DNA of 64,000 nucleotides from Giardia intestinalis (Eukaryota): NCBI GenBank assembly GCA_000002435.2, contig CM018792.1; one strand, 5' to 3'. Shown piece by piece: positions 58,567 to 64,000 of this stretch (position 1 is its first letter; each line of letters starts with the position of its first letter). The notes under the pieces were generated by a model. It saw only the letters and a program-made list of their open reading frames with translations, ran no database searches and was not told where the DNA came from. The position numbers and the translations under genes were made by a program.

Positions 58567-60885
58567 CTAGAAGAGGACCTCCTCTATCAATGACCAGACG
58601 GCCTTGTCATGAATAAGCATGAAGTGAGTAATATTCTTTACGATAACACGGTCAATAACAAAATCATGTGGAAATCCATCCGATAGGGCAGAATGAAGCA
58701 AGACTGTTCCATCGCCATCAGAATCAATTGTAGTGGGGATTTGCGTGCAGAGTTCATGGTAGCTACTGACTGGTTGATTGTAGACCACGTGCAGTGGAGT
58801 CTTGCACCCACTTCCACAGATAGCAAAGTAACGGAAGTTGGTTTCATTAGGCTGCGGGAAGATAATTGGTTTCGTTCGTATCTTATAGATCTCATCCCAG
58901 TATTGCTCAAAAGGCTCAAATAAGTACTCCTCCAGGCTTCCAGGGCGGTTGAGGCTTTTCATCAAGGACAGAACGCTGCGGTAGATGATGGATGAAACGA
59001 CACTTATGCTACTCCAAGGCAGAGGTGGTATCTTGATGCCAGTCTGCACATTGTGTGGTCGTTGACGCAAGGCTGACATACCACGAAAACCCGCTTTGTC
59101 AAGTCTGTATAAAGATGAGATTAGTTCCAAAGGAGTTGATTCAGTGAACAAGTTCTTGTCTGCAACTACTTCCACAGCACAATGATCCTCTAGGTCAGAT
59201 GCTTTTGTAGGAGTTATTAGTCTAGTTTGCTTCACTACCGAAGTTGTGCGCCTATGGTTTAGTGCCTTTTGCTTGTGGTTTAGATCTAATGTTGCGGTCT
59301 TATAAACAGAAAGCGTTAATGGCACAAATGCGCTTTCTGCTCTGTTAGTGTAAGGAGCAAGCCGTACTAGCGTCCCTGCATCTTCAAAAATGTCCCGAAG
59401 AGCTGTGAAATCGCTGAAGCTTTGATAAATGGAGTTAGCGTATGCATGCTGAAGAATGTCTGGGCGTGATGACGAGCGAATGATTTCAGTTGGTGCGCCA
59501 ACTCTGCAGTCTTTGATTTCATCGTAATAGGGGGCATCTTCTTTGAGGAGTAGCCGATCGCCAGAAATATAAAACCATGGATGCTTAAAGGCACGTAGTG
59601 GCAGGTATGATTTTCTAAGGTCTGAAGTCTCTGTCCAAGAGGTATACGCCTCCCATTCCCACAAACCAAGCTGGTTCTCAACAGCCTCTCGAGTAGGTAT
59701 ACCAACCGTATAACGTGGAGTTAGTAGCGTATCAACGTATAAGAAATTAGAAGACCAAATGCGCTCGCCTGTCACCTTTGACCGAAGAACTCCGCGTTTT
59801 ATATTTAACAGCAAAAGTCGTAATGCCTGTGCCTCGTGTTGTGGATGGAGTTTTTCTGGTTGTTGACTGAGTCTCAGAAGAAGAAGAGACGAAAGATCAG
59901 GAAACTTTTTCCCGTACTTTTTCAAATCAACAGAGATATCCTTGATAGAGAGGTTGGTAGGAATGACTTTTTGCAAGAACTTTTTGTAAAGTGATCCATC
60001 AGTACAATAGGTAGGGCCAGGGTCATGAGTTGAAACACCTATCTGACGTGCAAAATTAGCGCTGTTTCGGTAAACTTTCTTAATAAATATGCAAGTAGGA
60101 ATGTATTGATTGACACCATACTCCTCTAATTGTGAAACCACAGGAGCAGGGCCCAGAAAGACAGGAACAGAGCTGCTGGCTTGGAAATTGCGAGCTGTTA
60201 TATATTTTATAAATGGGATTTTCAATGCGAAACCGTTGATAAGACTCATTGCCATATAGGCAGAAGAGTTATCGTAAGGGGGTCCAATTGCTATAAAGCG
60301 AAAAATATGTTGATGCCAGTCATCATACAACTGCATATACAGCCTGACCAACAGCGCACCATGGCTATGACCAATTAGAATAACGTGTAAGGAGCTAGTT
60401 CTATTCAAGACACTCAGAATGAGTCTTCGCAGAGAGCCTAAAACTGCATCAGATGATAGGGGCTGTCGCCAATCATACGAATGGCAAAAGAGATCGACAT
60501 CCACTTGATATCCGTGCCTTTTGAGTCTATTCTTTAAAGTAGTGAAATATCTGCCAAGCATGAATTTGGGATTTAAGGCATGAATCACGGAGATACCCCA
60601 GTGCTGAGCTAGGTGTGAGCAACCCTTGAAGCCTTCCAATATGTGCATATCTCCAACATCTTCAATAAACGACTGATACCGGCCATCACTGGTTGGCTTT
60701 CCCCATACATCGTTTATCATCTTTTCTCCCATACGGGACTTTGGTATGTAATGAGCTGAAACCCACGCACGTTCTCTCATGCCCGTTGTCCTGTGGACGA
60801 TGTCCAGTTTGGTACTACAGAGACCTGGAATAAGGATTATAGGCACACGTGCTTGTTGCTCAGTGGTAGCCCCAGGTGCCCTCAT
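58567..60885 (-). CDS. LCAT-like alpha/beta-hydrolase (phospholipase/acyltransferase family)
   Basis: ATG at 60885 after an AT-rich initiator. N-terminal PIILIPGLCSTKL and lipase nucleophile elbow LIGHSHGALL, as in the LCAT/PDAT family. Confidence 0.65.
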   Translation of the reverse strand: MRAPGATTEQQARVPIILIPGLCSTKLDIVHRTTGMRERAWVSAHYIPKSRMGEKMINDVWGKPTSDGRYQSFIEDVGDMHILEGFKGCSHLAQHWGISVIHALNPKFMLGRYFTTLKNRLKRHGYQVDVDLFCHSYDWRQPLSSDAVLGSLRRLILSVLNRTSSLHVILIGHSHGALLVRLYMQLYDDWHQHIFRFIAIGPPYDNSSAYMAMSLINGFALKIPFIKYITARNFQASSSVPVFLGPAPVVSQLEEYGVNQYIPTCIFIKKVYRNSANFARQIGVSTHDPGPTYCTDGSLYKKFLQKVIPTNLSIKDISVDLKKYGKKFPDLSSLLLLRLSQQPEKLHPQHEAQALRLLLLNIKRGVLRSKVTGERIWSSNFLYVDTLLTPRYTVGIPTREAVENQLGLWEWEAYTSWTETSDLRKSYLPLRAFKHPWFYISGDRLLLKEDAPYYDEIKDCRVGAPTEIIRSSSRPDILQHAYANSIYQSFSDFTALRDIFEDAGTLVRLAPYTNRAESAFVPLTLSVYKTATLDLNHKQKALNHRRTTSVVKQTRLITPTKASDLEDHCAVEVVADKNLFTESTPLELISSLYRLDKAGFRGMSALRQRPHNVQTGIKIPPLPWSSISVVSSIIYRSVLSLMKSLNRPGSLEEYLFEPFEQYWDEIYKIRTKPIIFPQPNETNFRYFAICGSGCKTPLHVVYNQPVSSYHELCTQIPTTIDSDGDGTVLLHSALSDGFPHDFVIDRVIVKNITHFMLIHDKAVWSLIEEVLF

Positions 60886-60984
60886 AATGTAAACAATTTA
60901 TATTCAACTTTGAACCCTGTAGATACTCACTATGAACTATGATCTCCATCGCATGGTTGGTGGGTTGGCAAATGCAGCAGTCTA

Positions 60985-61815
60985 CTACAGCCCACTACAA
61001 AAGTTTGGATCCAATCCCTTTGCTTCCAAAATGATCTCCTGTGCGCAATCGTTAATATGTTTGAATCGTGCTGGACCCAGAGGGATTCCACCAAAGTATC
61101 TGGTGACGATTGCGACCCTATTATAAACCTTCATCTTCTGCATCAACAGCAGTAGGCGCCCTCCCGCTGCATGCTCTCCGTCATCATCGAAGCCCTCTTG
61201 AAGGTCAGATGGATCTTTCGTCGAGCAGAGGCGATAAGCAATGATATTATGGGTTGCATCGTCAAGTCCTTGAGTGTCCTTGAGAAAGATGCAGAGTCGA
61301 TCAACGTCCTCAATAGTCAAAACGTGTGCGGTGTGCGCGAAAAACACGGACTTCTTCGATTTTATGGTATTAGACTTGAGAATACATCGTTCTTTGAGCC
61401 AATGATCATCTATGCAAAGTGCACTTTTACAAAGTACTGGGGACTTAGATTGTTCTGAAGTAAAGGCGGCTTTAGGAACATTATTCCTATTAAAAGACTC
61501 TAGTGCAGAAACCAGTTTTCCATATGCAAAGACAGCAGCAGCAATTAGATCTGTGGGATCTGCTTCGACGATATCCATAAGCTCCTTAGTTAAAAGCCTA
61601 CAATCATCAAAGGATAGAGTTGTGGATTGGATTTTTGCGGAGTTAATCAGTAGATCCTTGGAGTCTTCGACGGAGTTGCTCAATGACAAGTTGAAAACGA
61701 TAGAGCTTTCATAGCGACTTTTGTCGTTATTAATGAAAAGGGAGACAACAGGCAAAGATACATCCACAGTACACTCAGGAAACATGTGCTCTAAAGCGCC
61801 TAGCTGCTCATTCAT
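60985..61815 (-). CDS. IMPACT / YigZ (UPF0029) family protein
   Basis: Track start 61821 is TTG; the first ATG is at 61815. Family signature HNIIAYRL...GFDDDGEHAAGGRLLLLMQKMKVYNRVAIVTRYFGGIPLGPARF. Confidence 0.75.
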   Translation of the reverse strand: MNEQLGALEHMFPECTVDVSLPVVSLFINNDKSRYESSIVFNLSLSNSVEDSKDLLINSAKIQSTTLSFDDCRLLTKELMDIVEADPTDLIAAAVFAYGKLVSALESFNRNNVPKAAFTSEQSKSPVLCKSALCIDDHWLKERCILKSNTIKSKKSVFFAHTAHVLTIEDVDRLCIFLKDTQGLDDATHNIIAYRLCSTKDPSDLQEGFDDDGEHAAGGRLLLLMQKMKVYNRVAIVTRYFGGIPLGPARFKHINDCAQEIILEAKGLDPNFCSGL

Positions 61816-61863
61816 GGGCAATTGATATTTCGGATTTTTCTTTAAAAAAACTCGGGACTTGGC
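61816..61863. promoter_or_regulatory. shared AT-rich divergent initiator region between the IMPACT and VAP genes
   Basis: 48-bp spacer: gggcaattgatatttcggatttttctttaaaaaaactcgggacttggc. Both ATGs lie less than 25 nt from A/T runs. Confidence 0.4.
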
Positions 61864-62655
61864 ATGAACACTCTCTTCTCCGTTTCTCCCATGACCATGC
61901 CCTTCTACAGAGCATACAAGGCGAAGCAGGGTTCATTTTTTGTTGTGTCTAGCACCTTTGATCTCCCTATTCTGGTCAAGATAAGCTCTACTGCCTCGCA
62001 GGACTACATAGTCTATCCTCCAATATTTGTATTAGCCCCGCATACAGCCCAAGAAATTTGCGTCAGCCTCACATTAAAGGAAGAGCTAAAACCTCACGAA
62101 GATCACCGCTACTCTGTTGACGCCTTTCCCTTGGAGCAGGGGGCCTATGCATCTCTCAGTACTGACGCATCTCCGCAACCAACAGCATTACGAATCTACT
62201 GGAACTCGCACTACAATGACGCATGCAGAAAAGGAAGGTTGTTTACTCAGAAATTCACTGTTTCATTTGTGGACGGGGCACCCCCTGCAGCTGTGCAGAA
62301 ACTTGCACGTCATGTTCCCGCAGAAATACTTGATTCGAAGGATCTTGATACAGAGCTGGGGAATATAAGCCACAAGAAAGCAAGATACATCGCAGAGAAG
62401 GCGTCTCTCTTGCACTCTATCCAGCTTCAGCAAGGAAAAATAGATCTTCTTAAGAATACCATTTCCCGCGATGAAGCAGAAATACTTAGGTTCAATAGAG
62501 AGATTGATGAACTTCAGAGGCGCCTCAAGGAGCTTGGCAATCATGACACCTTGTCTAAGTACATCATAGGCACCAGGCTAGAGCTTCGTGTAGTACACTA
62601 CATACTAGCAATCTTTGTCGGGTTAATATGCGGTAGGCTATTGCACAAATTTTGA
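61864..62655 (+). CDS. VAP-like protein (MSP domain + coiled coil + C-terminal TM anchor)
   Basis: ATG at 61864. MSP-like beta-sandwich region LPILVKISSTASQDYIVYPPIFVLAPHTAQEICVSL, coiled coil EAEILRFNREIDELQRRLKELG, and tail-anchor YILAIFVGLICGRLL. Confidence 0.55.
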   Translation: MNTLFSVSPMTMPFYRAYKAKQGSFFVVSSTFDLPILVKISSTASQDYIVYPPIFVLAPHTAQEICVSLTLKEELKPHEDHRYSVDAFPLEQGAYASLSTDASPQPTALRIYWNSHYNDACRKGRLFTQKFTVSFVDGAPPAAVQKLARHVPAEILDSKDLDTELGNISHKKARYIAEKASLLHSIQLQQGKIDLLKNTISRDEAEILRFNREIDELQRRLKELGNHDTLSKYIIGTRLELRVVHYILAIFVGLICGRLLHKF

Positions 62656-62692
62656 TGGAACACCCAGATATTTTTCATGTGCTTACTCAAAC

Positions 62693-64000
62693 TCAACTCA
62701 ACTTCTCCGTGCTCATCATATATACTTCTGCAAGTCTAGAGCATATTTCATATTGGGTCGCGGCAATGTTGCGTAACCCAAGTTGACTCTGAGGTAGATA
62801 TGCCTCCGCATTATAGTATGTTAGAGAGCGCTGGAAACCTAGAGACAACTCCTCAAATTGGACGGCACTAATATGAGTTCCCATTTCATCTGAGCAAGCG
62901 TCAGAAACGACGGCCGGTACTACGTTGAGGAAGAAACTCGGGGAGCTCACAAGCTCATATGACAATGCCTGAATCTCTTTAGCATGCTGGTGCCTTTTAT
63001 CAATGCTCTGGCGCGCGGTTATTATATGCTCTCTGAAGAGCTTTATATTCTTTGCCAGTGCAATGTCCTCTACAATTTCATGATCGGCCATATCCACGTC
63101 CGAGATCATGGCTTCAATTGCAGCAAATAGCGAACTAGCGCTTTCTCCGTTTATTTCCTCCATAGCCACTCGTATGGCCTCCTTGAGAGCCCTGGTAACC
63201 AATCTTTTCAACTCATCCATCTTTCCTGCGCGTTTGTACCACAAAGCAGCATCTTGTATGAGGTTTCTTCGCTCCAGCATTTGTGCAGCCCCCTTCTTGA
63301 CCAGCAGCTCCATCTCTGGTCCTAGTTCCAATCGGGATACAAGGTGTAGTAGCTCTATGATCTCGGTTACGTCCTCTGCCGATGCAATTTTTGAATACAG
63401 TGCTTGCTGAATTCTGTGAGAAATATTATTTTTTGAGACTAGGTCTGCGTTACTTGGAAGGGTCCAACGATAGTAATCTATGGCGAGCTTCCATATCCCA
63501 GTACTTGTAGTATCGATTGACAGTGTTTTTTGGGCCCCAGAGACATCTACCAACACGCGTATCTCACTAAGGCACTCCGCATAGCTCATTATGGCAGCAA
63601 CACGGGCTGACTGGAAAATGTGGTCAGCAGTTGAAATGAGGTCCATGATATGTGCATAAATCATCAACAGAAGTGGCTTTTTCAACGAGTTCATCCCGCA
63701 AAGAGTAGAGAAGGACCACGGTGTAGATTGTAGGGCAATACTCATGAAGGCCTCCTGTGTATGTTCTTTATTCGGCTGTTTAAATAAAGCAATCGAAGAA
63801 AATGACAGGATACTTTGTAGAGTTACCAAGAAAGCAGTAACATATGGGCCATAAGTATGCGAGAATTTGACTGATTTCAAAAGTATCTCAAATAGCAGCC
63901 GGAGATCTTCTACATAAGTATCTTGTCTTTTCTGCTTTATTTTTCCATACTGTACCTCTATAATTATAAGGAAGCAAAGGTAGACGAGAGCATTGGATGT
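62693..64000 (-). CDS. hypothetical protein, partial (N-terminus beyond window end)
   Basis: The track ORF start at 63880 is a TTG. The same frame stays open to base 64000 (…TSNALVYLCFLIIIEVQYGKIKQKRQDTYVEDLRLLFEILLKSVKF…), so the gene continues upstream past the window. Confidence 0.45.
   Translation of the reverse strand, partial: TSNALVYLCFLIIIEVQYGKIKQKRQDTYVEDLRLLFEILLKSVKFSHTYGPYVTAFLVTLQSILSFSSIALFKQPNKEHTQEAFMSIALQSTPWSFSTLCGMNSLKKPLLLMIYAHIMDLISTADHIFQSARVAAIMSYAECLSEIRVLVDVSGAQKTLSIDTTSTGIWKLAIDYYRWTLPSNADLVSKNNISHRIQQALYSKIASAEDVTEIIELLHLVSRLELGPEMELLVKKGAAQMLERRNLIQDAALWYKRAGKMDELKRLVTRALKEAIRVAMEEINGESASSLFAAIEAMISDVDMADHEIVEDIALAKNIKLFREHIITARQSIDKRHQHAKEIQALSYELVSSPSFFLNVVPAVVSDACSDEMGTHISAVQFEELSLGFQRSLTYYNAEAYLPQSQLGLRNIAATQYEICSRLAEVYMMSTEKLS

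Noticed and set aside
1-64000. CRISPR arrays, IS/transposon ends, operon structure, Shine-Dalgarno sites
   Set aside because: None seen. tRNAs are eukaryotic-type, genes have eukaryotic housekeeping identities and AT-rich initiators, so prokaryotic feature classes do not apply. No terminal inverted repeats or RT/transposase ORFs were found.

Overview
The window reads as gene-dense, essentially intron-free eukaryotic nuclear DNA. By inference it is from a diplomonad (Giardia-like) genome, though no database search was possible. Evidence for that: protein genes start 0-15 nt after short AT-rich initiator tracts, AGTAAAY-like polyA signals sit just 3' of stops, and genes lie 10-200 bp apart on both strands. 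The gene content also fits: ankyrin-repeat (Protein 21.1-like) genes, high-cysteine HCMP/VSP-like type I membrane proteins with GGCY/CxxC repeats, and a giant divergent NEK-like kinase. Background GC is about 45%.

I call about 30 protein genes. Housekeeping genes: CK2 beta, RFC small subunit, a CHD-type SNF2 remodeler (2645 aa), Tsr1, Maf, Sec61 alpha, archaeal/eukaryotic-type prolyl-tRNA synthetase, IMPACT/UPF0029, VAP/MSP, TM2-domain, START-domain, LCAT-like lipase, CorA/Mrs2-like, PHD and C2H2 finger proteins, and an EF-hand protein truncated by the window edge. Lineage-specific genes: two ankyrin genes, three cysteine-rich membrane-protein genes and the giant kinase. There are three Pol III tRNA genes: Leu-TAA, Gly-CCC and Thr-TGT.

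Main observations:
1. Each tRNA gene sits at the centre of a sharp GC/GC3 peak that creates composition gradients inside the neighbouring protein genes.
2. A 2.1 kb GC-rich (about 60%) ORF-free island at 33.1-35.2 kb carries a decayed kinase-like relic.
3. An HCMP-like gene has its signal-peptide codons separated from the body by a single in-frame TGA.
4. A type I membrane protein fuses about 18 GLUG-like (GGxxG) repeats to an HCMP-like cysteine stalk.
5. Many supplied ORF-track starts are non-ATG codons (TTG/GTG), and two edge-truncated genes are missing from the track.
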